From the NCBI GenBank assembly GCA_009602735.1, contig WELA01001485.1:1-64000 (forward strand): a stretch of 64,000 bases of DNA, in the 5' to 3' direction. The stretch comes from Mesotaenium endlicherianum (taxonomy: Eukaryota). The stretch's first letter is position 1. Each line of letters opens with the position of its first letter. The notes beneath the pieces are model-generated. The model did no database searches. It was not told the DNA's origin and saw only the letters and a list, made by a program, of their open reading frames with translations. A program made the translations under genes and the position numbers. Shown here one piece after another: positions 9,285-18,342 of this stretch.

Positions 9285-9560
9285 TTATCGATTTTGTTTA
9301 TCTGCAATGAATGCAGCTTCAAGCATTTCTTCCATGAAATGGCAAAAACGTAACAAGTTTGTCCTGTCTTCGGAGTCAATGTACAAGACGTTATCAGTAG
9401 TACACGCTAATTCTACCCACTCTGCTAAATATTGCTTGGCAGTTGCAAGTGTATAAGTTCCAAAAAAGCAAGTGAAGACCTTATGAGGATCTTGCAATAC
9501 TTCTTTTTCTAAACGAAACGGCTGAGAGTAGCATGCTTGAGTTGGAAAATTCGATTTCAT
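9285..9560 (-). CDS. Hypothetical protein
   Basis: 91-aa ATG ORF (DPHKVFTCFFGTYTLATAKQYLAEW) of a type seen in Bacteroidota accessory regions. Confidence 0.6.
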   Translation of the reverse strand: MKSNFPTQACYSQPFRLEKEVLQDPHKVFTCFFGTYTLATAKQYLAEWVELACTTDNVLYIDSEDRTNLLRFCHFMEEMLEAAFIADKQNR

Positions 9561-9721
9561 AGTTCGGTGTTTTACAACTCGAAAATAATATTATTATGCT
9601 TAAAAAGCATAATAAACTTCTTTTTATTTATAAAATAATCCCAAAAAGATATAATTTAGGTATAAATACGTAATCCACATTATCCCTATTTTACACATAA
9701 ATCTACTTTAAAGATTGTTTT

Positions 9722-9925
9722 ATGGGACACGGATACAATAGGATCAAAGCTGTTTTAGCCGAAAAAGGGCGGAATAATAACTGGTTGGCTGAGCAGTTAA
9801 ATGTAAATATCAATACGGTTTCAAAGTGGTGCACTAATAACATGCAGCCAACCGTTGAACGTTTATTCGAGATTGCGAAAGTGTTGGATGTAAACGTGCG
9901 CGAGTTATTAGTGAGCACAAAATAA
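9722..9925 (+). CDS. XRE-family HTH transcriptional regulator
   Basis: NRIKAVLAEKG..NNWLAEQL...NTVSKWCTN..QP.VE.LFEIAKVLDV..RELL, a typical Bacteroidota small XRE protein. Confidence 0.9.
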   Translation: MGHGYNRIKAVLAEKGRNNNWLAEQLNVNINTVSKWCTNNMQPTVERLFEIAKVLDVNVRELLVSTK

Positions 9926-9952
9926 AAAGCCTGCCCCGTTTCCGAGACAGGC
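9924..9952 (-). terminator. Rho-independent terminator of the DUF6266/membrane-protein unit
   Basis: Minus strand GCCTGTCTCG-GAAA-CGGGGCAGGC-TTTTT (10-bp stem including G-U pairs). Confidence 0.75.
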
Positions 9953-9970
9953 CTTCATTTCACCCAAGCA

Positions 9971-10180
9971 TCACTCCTCTTTCTTCACCAGCTGGCTCAC
10001 CGCACCGATGACCGAGCCGGCCACCGCCGCATAACCCGCCATGGTTACCAATGCTGCAGGCATCGTAACAGGCGCGGTAAGAATGGCCGCCGAAATACCG
10101 GCAAGCGCCACCCCTATATTGCGCAGTTTGATAAAGAACGAAGGCGTAGGCGCGGAAGCCCTTTTCATTACTTCTTTCAT
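9971..10180 (-). CDS. Small two-TM membrane protein (holin-like)
   Basis: 69 aa: APTPSFFIKLRNIG, two hydrophobic Ala/Gly-rich helices and a charged C-terminus. Confidence 0.7.
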   Translation of the reverse strand: MKEVMKRASAPTPSFFIKLRNIGVALAGISAAILTAPVTMPAALVTMAGYAAVAGSVIGAVSQLVKKEE

Positions 10181-10260
10181 AATTGTTTGTTTTTTGAACC
10201 GCCCCCTTTACTGCTCATGGCAGATTAGGGATCGGTAATTAGTAATAGGGTTTCCTTCGC

Positions 10261-10905
10261 CTACGGCGCAATGGTAACGGTTCCGCCGTAAAGACTCTTC
10301 GACGCGCTTGTTTCATTTTCCGTTAAGAACAGCGTCCATACATGCACCGTTTCCCCGGAAAACACACCCACGTTGATGGTCATTTCACCCGCCATGCGCG
10401 GAGCTCCGTCTTTTACATAAAAGAACTGACCGATTGCTTCGCTGAACAGCACGATCACCGCTTTATCCAAAGGATTTGTTTTGGCTACAGCAGGATCATA
10501 GGTCCAGTTGAACCGCAGGTTGCTGCCCGGCAAGGCAACGATCTCGGGCTTGGTGGCAATGGAAAGGCTTCCGTCACTGATACGCACTTTCGGGTAATCG
10601 ATGGAGAAGGGCGAAGCCAGTCCGCCAATCGCTTCTTTCAGGTTATGAGACAAAGCGGCATTCAAACCGGTTTTCTCTCCACTCGATGGTGCAAAGGTTA
10701 CCATCAACAGTTCATCGAGGCCTCGCAGGAAAGTTGACATGAGTTTGAATTTTTCCTGCTGGTCTAACTGGGATTGTGAAAATGTCCTGTTCTTTTTAAA
10801 AGCAGGACGGGCTCTCATCACAGGACGACCTTTCCAGGAAGAACCGATCACCGGTCCTGTTTTACCCGAAAATGCGCCCAATACGCCCTGAAGAATAGTA
10901 GACAT
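10261..10905 (-). CDS. DUF6266 family protein
   Basis: N-terminal QGVLGAFSGKTGPVIGSSWKGRPVMRARP, SQSQLDQQEKF, IDYPKVRISDGSL and C-terminal SKSLYGG, characteristic of DUF6266. Confidence 0.85.
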   Translation of the reverse strand: MSTILQGVLGAFSGKTGPVIGSSWKGRPVMRARPAFKKNRTFSQSQLDQQEKFKLMSTFLRGLDELLMVTFAPSSGEKTGLNAALSHNLKEAIGGLASPFSIDYPKVRISDGSLSIATKPEIVALPGSNLRFNWTYDPAVAKTNPLDKAVIVLFSEAIGQFFYVKDGAPRMAGEMTINVGVFSGETVHVWTLFLTENETSASKSLYGGTVTIAP

Positions 10906-11088
10906 AGTTTTTAAGTTTTAATTGGTTAAAAAATGGTTTTTGTTAGTGCCCACTGCAGCAGGCTCAGCGCTGATTGTTAACGATGTAAAACTAGCAACCG
11001 GATAGGCGCACCGGGGGTGGCATGGGTGGCGCCACCCCTGTTAATTGGTTGATATTCAATGGTATGTTGAAGGAAAATAGTTCGGTGG

Positions 11089-11313
11089 TTCGAAGCTGCT
11101 TCGGGAGCGTTTCGAGTGTTCTTCGACTGTCTCCCGGGATCGATTCGGGATTGATCCGGGTTTCCTTCGGAGATCCTTCGGGACCGCTTCGGGATCGCTT
11201 CGCAAATTCCCGAAGCAATCCCGAAGAAACACCGAAGCAGGTGCGAAGGAAACCCGAATCAATCCCGAAGCAGGTGCGAAGCGGCCCCGAAGCGCTCCCG
11301 AAGGAATGCCGAA
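11089..11313. repeat. Inverted array of 11-bp-period units: 11 x TTCG-core then 10 x CGAA-core
   Basis: TTCG or a variant at 11089, 11100, 11111 ... 11199, and CGAA at 11211, 11222 ... 11310. The two halves are reverse-complement versions of one unit. Confidence 0.9.
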
Positions 11314-11322
11314 AAAACTGCT

Positions 11323-12447
11323 TTATCGCAGATAGCTTTTTAAAAGATTGTGCATCCTGGCATTGTACTCGAGCAGGATCATAATACTTCCCCTGTCTTT
11401 TTCGTAGTATTTCTTCAGCAAGCTTTCAGCCGAAAGTCCATCGGCACGCGCAGTGCAATTATGCAGGCATATGATCTTTAAGAATTCAGTAACGTTATCG
11501 CAAACGAATATACCCGCCTCTACCTGTACCCGGAGAAAAAGAGCCAACTGTTGCACAGAAAGACCATACTTCAAAAAAGCCTGTGAAGCCATAAAAGTTT
11601 CACCTTCCCTGGTAAAATTGCAGGCGGCAATTTCGGTTTGTATTATGTTGGTGAGGGTATGTTTACAGGAAGGTGCATTTACATAGAGCGCATAACCCGG
11701 CACTTCAATGATCCTGTTTACATGTAAGAGGTTATGCTTCCATTGTTCGAGTGCATTGCCTGCTGTGGGAAGGCCCGCCATATAACGGTCTACCAGGTAT
11801 TGAACAAAACGCGCGCTGTTGAAATTATAAGCAACCAGTGTGAAGATGGCGCGCAGCGTGGTATTGCCGCTACCCGGCAGCGTAGTGCTCACTTTTTCCA
11901 ACAGCATTGTCCAGTAATCGGCCATCCGGTAGCTGGGTGTTTTACCGTTACCAATATCTTCCAGGCTGTTCTTCACCACGCTTAGCAATTCATATTCCAT
12001 GCCCTCGAATACACTATCCTCACCCGGACCGATGGCCTGTAACAGTTTGTCATGCAAAGGCAACCATACAGGCAGTGGCATGCTGCCGTTGTGATCGAAA
12101 TGATCGGTATAATGATCTTTCAATGAATACAAAAAAGAGCAGAGCGCATCCTGTATGCGGCTGCGTAGTTTGGTATGGTTCTTCAATTGTTTCCGGTGCA
12201 GGTAGTTGAGCAAAGTATGCATACAACTTTGAGCCGTACGCACCAGCAGGTTCATTGATTTTATGCCAGCCATCTTTATGGCATCACGCATGAAACGCAG
12301 CGACAGCTTGTTGACATGCTCCATTACTTTCTTTTCTTCCTGTTTGTTCAGTTCAGGAAGCTCGTCACCAGCCTCGATTGCCTGAAAGAGCTGGTCGTTA
12401 ACTACAGCAAGGGTATTTTCTTCCATAAGCAGGTTTGGCCGAAACAT
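11323..12447 (-). CDS. Hypothetical protein, possibly with a C-terminal DNA-binding domain
   Basis: 374-aa ORF; C-terminal LSVQQLALFLRVQVEAGIF...LSAESLLKKYY motif recalled from Bacteroidota mobile-region proteins. Confidence 0.7.
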   Translation of the reverse strand: MFRPNLLMEENTLAVVNDQLFQAIEAGDELPELNKQEEKKVMEHVNKLSLRFMRDAIKMAGIKSMNLLVRTAQSCMHTLLNYLHRKQLKNHTKLRSRIQDALCSFLYSLKDHYTDHFDHNGSMPLPVWLPLHDKLLQAIGPGEDSVFEGMEYELLSVVKNSLEDIGNGKTPSYRMADYWTMLLEKVSTTLPGSGNTTLRAIFTLVAYNFNSARFVQYLVDRYMAGLPTAGNALEQWKHNLLHVNRIIEVPGYALYVNAPSCKHTLTNIIQTEIAACNFTREGETFMASQAFLKYGLSVQQLALFLRVQVEAGIFVCDNVTEFLKIICLHNCTARADGLSAESLLKKYYEKDRGSIMILLEYNARMHNLLKSYLR

Positions 12448-12521
12448 AATAACAATAAATTATACCTGCAATCACCTACAGACTATTTTCTATTAAATAA
12501 TTTATTTATTTTTAATATTGA

Positions 12522-13043
12522 ATGCACCTGGTCCATTACATAAGAGCCTTCCCCACCATACTGCTGACCATGACCGTGGGCATGTTTTGCATGACTGTCA
12601 GCATCAAATTCCTGCTGTTCGCCGTTGGACCTTTTGCAATGGACTGGGCGGGCAGGGTTTTCATGGTTGGCAAACTCATGATGCTTGGAGTGCAATATTT
12701 TGTAATCGTTGCTTTTTATGAATTAAGGGAATACCTGGTGGAAAGTTGCCGCCAGCGCTTCAACACTATGCACGTTAAATACATTCGGTTTAGCATCATT
12801 TATTCCAACCTGCTGTGGGCGGCCGGCATGTATGCCTGCTTATCGCACCTGTGGTCTTTACCGAAATATTTCAACGTGTATGTGGTTATTGAAGGAATAA
12901 TATTAAGCGTATGGATATGGGAATGGTGCGGTATTGCAGTGCCCATGAGCGCTGCAAGGTATTGGAAGGGATTATTCTCCAAAAAAATCTTTGAAGAAAA
13001 GAACAACAAAAGGATACGCATTTTGCGCAAGGAGGATCGATAA
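12522..13043 (+). CDS. Hypothetical membrane protein
   Basis: 173 aa with about four hydrophobic segments; fills the gap before the sigma gene. Confidence 0.5.
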   Translation: MHLVHYIRAFPTILLTMTVGMFCMTVSIKFLLFAVGPFAMDWAGRVFMVGKLMMLGVQYFVIVAFYELREYLVESCRQRFNTMHVKYIRFSIIYSNLLWAAGMYACLSHLWSLPKYFNVYVVIEGIILSVWIWEWCGIAVPMSAARYWKGLFSKKIFEEKNNKRIRILRKEDR

Positions 13044-13099
13044 ATTCGATTCATATGCAATTTCCGTAACTTTATTCCCGTTTCGCACGAAACAGGATC

Positions 13100-13705
13100 T
13101 TGCCAATGTCATATCGTATCACACATGATGATGTTTTGCACGAGGTTGCTCGTGGCAACCAGGTCGCATTCCGCGAGCTGTATAATCTGTATTTTCAAAA
13201 ACTCTTTCTTTTTGCCAAAGCCATTGTAAAGACCAAAGACGGCGCCACAGAAGTGGTAGACGAAGTATTGGTAAACATCTGGAAACAACGGGAACAGCTT
13301 CCCGGCATACAAAACCTGCGCGTTTACCTTTATACAGCGGTAAAAAACAAGGCATTCAGCTACCTTTCGGCAAAAGCCAACCAGCAGATTGGCGGTGCTT
13401 TTGATGATATCGATATTGAAATAGCCGAGGAATATAATGCCGAAAAGCAAATGATCACAGGCGAGATGCTGCGCAAAATCCATGACGCCGTTGAAGCGCT
13501 CCCGCCCCGTTGCAAAATGATCTTCAAACTGGTACGGGAAGACAACCTTCGCTATAAAGAGGTATCAGAGATCCTCCATATTTCCGAGAAAACGGTAGAT
13601 GCACAAATGGTTATTGCTATTAAAAAACTCAGCCAGGTGCTCCGTCCCCATTTCGATGGCTTCCCGGATTTCAAAAAAACCAAAAAAAATCAGGGCGCGC
13701 TTTAG
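13100..13705 (+). CDS. ECF RNA polymerase sigma-70 factor
   Basis: AFRELYNLYFQKL, YLYTAVKNKA, LPPRCKMIFKLVRE..LRYKEVSEILHISEKTV; adjacent to FecR and SusC. Confidence 0.92.
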   Translation: MPMSYRITHDDVLHEVARGNQVAFRELYNLYFQKLFLFAKAIVKTKDGATEVVDEVLVNIWKQREQLPGIQNLRVYLYTAVKNKAFSYLSAKANQQIGGAFDDIDIEIAEEYNAEKQMITGEMLRKIHDAVEALPPRCKMIFKLVREDNLRYKEVSEILHISEKTVDAQMVIAIKKLSQVLRPHFDGFPDFKKTKKNQGAL

Positions 13706-13756
13706 GGAGATTCTCTTTTCTCCCGGTCTTTATAGTAAGACATCGATTGCGCAGCC

Positions 13757-14869
13757 ATGCAGAACGACCAACTGACCGAACTAATCAGTCGCCATCTTTC
13801 CGGCGAAGCCAGTGAAGAAGAACTGGCACAGTTGCATGCGCATTTGGCCAACCATCCGCAGGATCAGTATTTTTTTGATATCCTTTCCAATTACTGGCAA
13901 TCACACAACAACGATAATAACCCCAACGATACAACAGCATCGGGCAATCATTTTAACCAGTTGATGGAAAAAGCGCTGCGGGAAGAAGAGGAAGCGCATA
14001 CCATCACTCACCGGCCGCTCGTTCATCTGATGAAAAGACGATGGTGGCAATATGCAGCCGCGGCAGTCCTGGTTATCGGACCCGCCTACTGGCTTTGGTC
14101 TGGCAGCAGTAAAACAGCCACAGCCACTGCCTCACCGAAAAAGAATGAAATAACAGCCCATAAAGGCGCCCGCTCCAAATTGCGGCTGCCCGACGGCACT
14201 ACTGTTTGGCTCAACTCTGATAGCAAGCTGACGTACAACGATCATTTCAACGGCCCTGTACGCGAAGTGGAACTAACCGGTGAAGGCTTTTTCGACGTGG
14301 TGAAAGATCCGCGTCATCCATTCATCGTGCACACTTCCGGAATCGACATCCGCGTACTGGGTACTGCATTTAATGTTAAGTCCTACCCCCAATCCAATAC
14401 CATTGAAGCCACCCTTATCAGGGGTTTGATTGAAGTAGCCAGGAAGGATAGTCCCGATGGCCCCAAAGTTTACCTCCACCCTCACGAAAAACTGGTGTAC
14501 CACAAGGAAGATTCTACGTTCGCTGCTTCTACAGACAAATCACATACAGTCGCCATTGCTGCTACTGAAACCAACATGGCCATCTCCAGTGTACCGCGCG
14601 ACCTGCCCGACAGTACCCTGCCCGAGACCGCATGGGTATATAATAAGCTGATGTTCAACGGTGAGTCGTTCCAGGAAATGGCCGATAAAATGGAGCGATG
14701 GTTCAATGTAAAAATGGTGCTGGAAGATGAGAAAGTAGCCAATTACCGTTTCAGGGTAATTTTCGAGAATGAGACCATTGAACAGGCGCTGCAAGCCCTC
14801 CAATTAACTGCTTCCTTTAACTATAAAATCAACCAAGACCATGAAGTGCACATCTACAAGACCAGGTAA
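13757..14869 (+). CDS. FecR-family anti-sigma factor
   Basis: TM segment; LPDGTTVWLNSDSKL, REVELTGEGFFDV, VLGTAFNVKSY. Confidence 0.92.
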   Translation: MQNDQLTELISRHLSGEASEEELAQLHAHLANHPQDQYFFDILSNYWQSHNNDNNPNDTTASGNHFNQLMEKALREEEEAHTITHRPLVHLMKRRWWQYAAAAVLVIGPAYWLWSGSSKTATATASPKKNEITAHKGARSKLRLPDGTTVWLNSDSKLTYNDHFNGPVREVELTGEGFFDVVKDPRHPFIVHTSGIDIRVLGTAFNVKSYPQSNTIEATLIRGLIEVARKDSPDGPKVYLHPHEKLVYHKEDSTFAASTDKSHTVAIAATETNMAISSVPRDLPDSTLPETAWVYNKLMFNGESFQEMADKMERWFNVKMVLEDEKVANYRFRVIFENETIEQALQALQLTASFNYKINQDHEVHIYKTR

Positions 14870-15007
14870 TTCAGGGTAAGCCTCCCCCACCATAGAAAGA
14901 ATCGGAGAATGCGACAACATTCCCCGACCTAAGGCTAAGACTGAGACAAGAAACCCAGATATCGCAAAATCAATGGGTTTCAATTGATTAACCTACAATC
15001 CAAATGT

Positions 15008-18000
15008 ATGAAAAAAAGCGTGCAAGAAACGAAACGCTTCCTGCCATCACCCATCCTAAAAACAATTGTGCTTATGAAGCTGGCGATTGTTATCACCCTT
15101 TTCACTGCTTTACAGGCGCATGCCGGCGCCTTTGGCCAGAACGTCAGGATGCAGGTACAGCAAACCGAAGTAAGGAAGATCCTTACTTCCATTGAGAAAT
15201 CTGCCAATGTCAGGTTCCTGTACAATTATGACCTGGCACCTGTTATCAAAACGAAAGTGGACTTTACCGCCAATAACATTCCATTGCGCTCGGCATTGGA
15301 TAACCTGTTGCAGAAAGTAAACCTTTCTTACAAAGTGTTGGAGAATAACCTGGTGGTATTGCTCAAAGAAGCCGATGAAAAAAATGCGTATGACCAACGC
15401 GTCAGCGGAAAGGTTACCAATGAAAGCGGGCAACCTTTTGCCAATGTATCGGTGAAAGTAAAAGGCACCAATACCGGCACTATTACTAACAGTGAAGGAG
15501 TGTACAACATACCTATTAGCGGAAAGAATGCCGTATTGGTATTCTCTTTTGTTGGCTATGAAGACAAAGAAATCACCGTGGGCGAACAAACCACCATCAA
15601 TACTTCCCTGGTGCCCAGTCAAAAAGAACTGGACCAGGTAATTGTGGTGGGATATGGCACACAGAAAAAGATCGACGTTACCGGTTCTGTGGCTGCTGTT
15701 AAAGGCGAAGACATCGCTAAACAAGCATCTACCAACCCTATCAGCGCTTTGCAGGGCAAGGTAGCCGGCGTTCAGATCACTAACAGTGGTGCACCCGGCT
15801 CATCGCCCCAGGTGCGCATCCGTGGCCTCGGTACGGTATACGGCAACGCCAATCCATTGTATGTAGTGGATGGGGTATGGTATGATGATATCAGTTTTCT
15901 GAACCCTGCCGATATTGACAATATCAGCGTATTAAAAGACGCTTCCAGCGAATCTATTTATGGTGTTAGGGCCGCTAATGGCGTGATACTGGTTACAACT
16001 AAAAAAGGTAAATCAGGTCAGGCCATCGTGAATTATAGCGGATCGATAGGATTTCAACACGTGACCAATAGTGTTAAAATGGCCAACGCCAATGAATTTG
16101 CTACCATGGTTAATGAATTGGCTGCTGCCAATGGTAGCACTGCCCTCCTGGATCCTACCCAGTTTGGCACTGGAACCGACTGGTATCATCAGATACTGAG
16201 GAATGCATTGGTGACTAATCACCAGGTATCGGTAAGTGGGGGTTCAGAGAAATCAACTTACAATTTCTCACTCGGCTACCTGAAACAGGAGGGCCTTGTA
16301 ACAGGCAATGATTATACCAGGGTTACTGCGAGATTGCAAAATGATTTCCAGGTATTCAAGAATTTAAAATTGGGATATACTGCCACGGCAGCTTCTAATA
16401 ATTTCGTTGATATACCCGGTGGTATCTTCCACCAACTTTTCGCAGCAGCGCCAGTAGTACCTGTTTATTACAAAGATGGTAGTTATGGCGATCCCAGTGA
16501 TTATAACCTGGGTGATGGCGCCAACTTCAATCCGCAGGCTACACTCGATTTCTTCAACCAGAAATCAAAGAATTACCGTGTTTCAGGAAGCGCTTATGGC
16601 GATCTGAAACTGATGCCCCACCTGACATTCCATACTAGTATTGGCGGTGAATTCGGACAAAATGAAGTGCGAAACTATCTGCCAGTATACACTGCTACTT
16701 TGAAGCAGCGCAACACCGCCAGCCAGTTGACTCTTTCGAGAGGAGAAACCAGGAACTGGATATTGGAAAACACCCTTACTTACGAGAATAAATTCAACAA
16801 CCATAATTTAAAGGTGTTGTTGGGACAATCTGCACAACGGTATCAATCCTACGGATGGACTGCCACTGCACCCAATGTGCCCAATACCAGTGAGGGCGAC
16901 TACTACCTTCGCCTGGGAAGCACTGCCGGAAGGAACGTAGATGATAACGGTTCCGTTGCCACCATTGCTTCTTATTTCGGGCGTGTTACCTATGATTATC
17001 AGGGTAAATACTTGTTGAACTTCTCCATGCGTGCCGATGGATCTTCTAAATTCTTCGGCGATAACCGTTGGGGTTATTTCCCTTCTGTTGGTGCAGGCTG
17101 GGTAATTACACGGGAAGATTTCATGCAACAGCAGAAGCTGTTTAATAACCTGAAACTCCGGGCCAGCTGGGGTAAGATCGGTAACGTATCCGTTCCATCG
17201 AACATCTCTGTGCTCACTGTAACACAGGCTCCTTATCTCACAGCCATCTTCGGCAACCAGCCTTATACCGGCGCCAGCATCAACTCAGTGGTACCTCCTA
17301 CTACTTATTGGGAAAGAGGTGTGGGAACAGATATCGGTTTGGATGCATCGCTGCTGAGCAACAAGCTGACTGTTGAGTTGGATTACTACAATAAAAAAAC
17401 AGAGAAAGCCATCTTTGATATTCCCATCCTTTCATCCGTAGGAACATCGTCTGGTACCATCCTTGGCAACCAGGCCGATTTCCAGAACAGGGGTGTTGAA
17501 TTGGCCATTACCTGGAAAAATGAAATAGGCAAAGACATCACTTATTCTGTTAGCGCCAACCTGGGTATAAACGATAACAAAGTATTGTCTGTTACCACCG
17601 GCAGCAACCCCATCTATGGCGGTGGTGGAGCCGCTACAGGTGGTCAGTTGTCAACCCGTACCATGGTAGGACAACCCATCGGGCAGTTCTACGGATTAGT
17701 CGTAGCTGGTGTATTCCAGAACCAGTCGCAGATCACCGGATCAGCGCAGCCCAATGCCAAGCCCGGCGATTTCATTTATGTAGACCAGGATAAAAATGGT
17801 GTGATCGATGCCCGTGACAGGGTACCCTTGGGTAATCCAAATCCCAGGTACAGTTATGGTGTAAACACCAACTGGACATATAAGCAGTTCGACCTCACAC
17901 TGGATTTCCAGGGAGTGGCTGGTGTACAGGTGTACAATGCCAACCTGGGACTGCGTTATGGTAACGAGAATTTTACCAAAGATTTTTATGATAAACGTTG

Positions 18001-18325
18001 GCATGGAGAAGGCAGTTCCAACAGCTATCCTTCTGCTAATATTGGTGGTGGCGATAACTATCGTCCCAATTCATTCTTCGTGGAAGATGGCAGTTATTTC
18101 AGGGTAAGAAACATGCAATTGGGCTATACCCTGCCTGCTTCCCTGACAGACAGGTGGAAGGTTAAAAAACTCCGTGTGTACCTGAATGCACAAAACGCAT
18201 TCAACTTCTTCAAGTACAGGGGCTTCACACCTGAGATAGGCGGATCGGCCATTAACCAGGGCATTGATACCAATGTTTATCCGTTGTATGCCACTTACAA
18301 TTTTGGTGTGAATCTCACCTTCTAA
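15008..18325 (+). CDS. susC: SusC/RagA TonB-dependent transporter with N-terminal STN extension
   Basis: VVVGYGTQKK, PLYVVDG, VLKDASSESIYGVRAANGVILVTTKKG, GYFPSVGAGW and C-terminal Phe. Confidence 0.95.
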   Translation: MKKSVQETKRFLPSPILKTIVLMKLAIVITLFTALQAHAGAFGQNVRMQVQQTEVRKILTSIEKSANVRFLYNYDLAPVIKTKVDFTANNIPLRSALDNLLQKVNLSYKVLENNLVVLLKEADEKNAYDQRVSGKVTNESGQPFANVSVKVKGTNTGTITNSEGVYNIPISGKNAVLVFSFVGYEDKEITVGEQTTINTSLVPSQKELDQVIVVGYGTQKKIDVTGSVAAVKGEDIAKQASTNPISALQGKVAGVQITNSGAPGSSPQVRIRGLGTVYGNANPLYVVDGVWYDDISFLNPADIDNISVLKDASSESIYGVRAANGVILVTTKKGKSGQAIVNYSGSIGFQHVTNSVKMANANEFATMVNELAAANGSTALLDPTQFGTGTDWYHQILRNALVTNHQVSVSGGSEKSTYNFSLGYLKQEGLVTGNDYTRVTARLQNDFQVFKNLKLGYTATAASNNFVDIPGGIFHQLFAAAPVVPVYYKDGSYGDPSDYNLGDGANFNPQATLDFFNQKSKNYRVSGSAYGDLKLMPHLTFHTSIGGEFGQNEVRNYLPVYTATLKQRNTASQLTLSRGETRNWILENTLTYENKFNNHNLKVLLGQSAQRYQSYGWTATAPNVPNTSEGDYYLRLGSTAGRNVDDNGSVATIASYFGRVTYDYQGKYLLNFSMRADGSSKFFGDNRWGYFPSVGAGWVITREDFMQQQKLFNNLKLRASWGKIGNVSVPSNISVLTVTQAPYLTAIFGNQPYTGASINSVVPPTTYWERGVGTDIGLDASLLSNKLTVELDYYNKKTEKAIFDIPILSSVGTSSGTILGNQADFQNRGVELAITWKNEIGKDITYSVSANLGINDNKVLSVTTGSNPIYGGGGAATGGQLSTRTMVGQPIGQFYGLVVAGVFQNQSQITGSAQPNAKPGDFIYVDQDKNGVIDARDRVPLGNPNPRYSYGVNTNWTYKQFDLTLDFQGVAGVQVYNANLGLRYGNENFTKDFYDKRWHGEGSSNSYPSANIGGGDNYRPNSFFVEDGSYFRVRNMQLGYTLPASLTDRWKVKKLRVYLNAQNAFNFFKYRGFTPEIGGSAINQGIDTNVYPLYATYNFGVNLTF

Positions 18326-18342
18326 CAAAAAATCTTACAATC

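Noticed and set aside
11089..11313. CRISPR array interpretation of the periodic tract
   Set aside because: The unit is only 11 bp, orientation inverts midway, and no cas genes are present.
10991..11384. ORFs 10991..11218(-), 11022..11384(+) and 11056..11262(-) across the 11-bp array
   Set aside because: They are open only because the GC-rich repeat lacks stops. The 11-nt period is not a multiple of 3, and ORFs are open on both strands.
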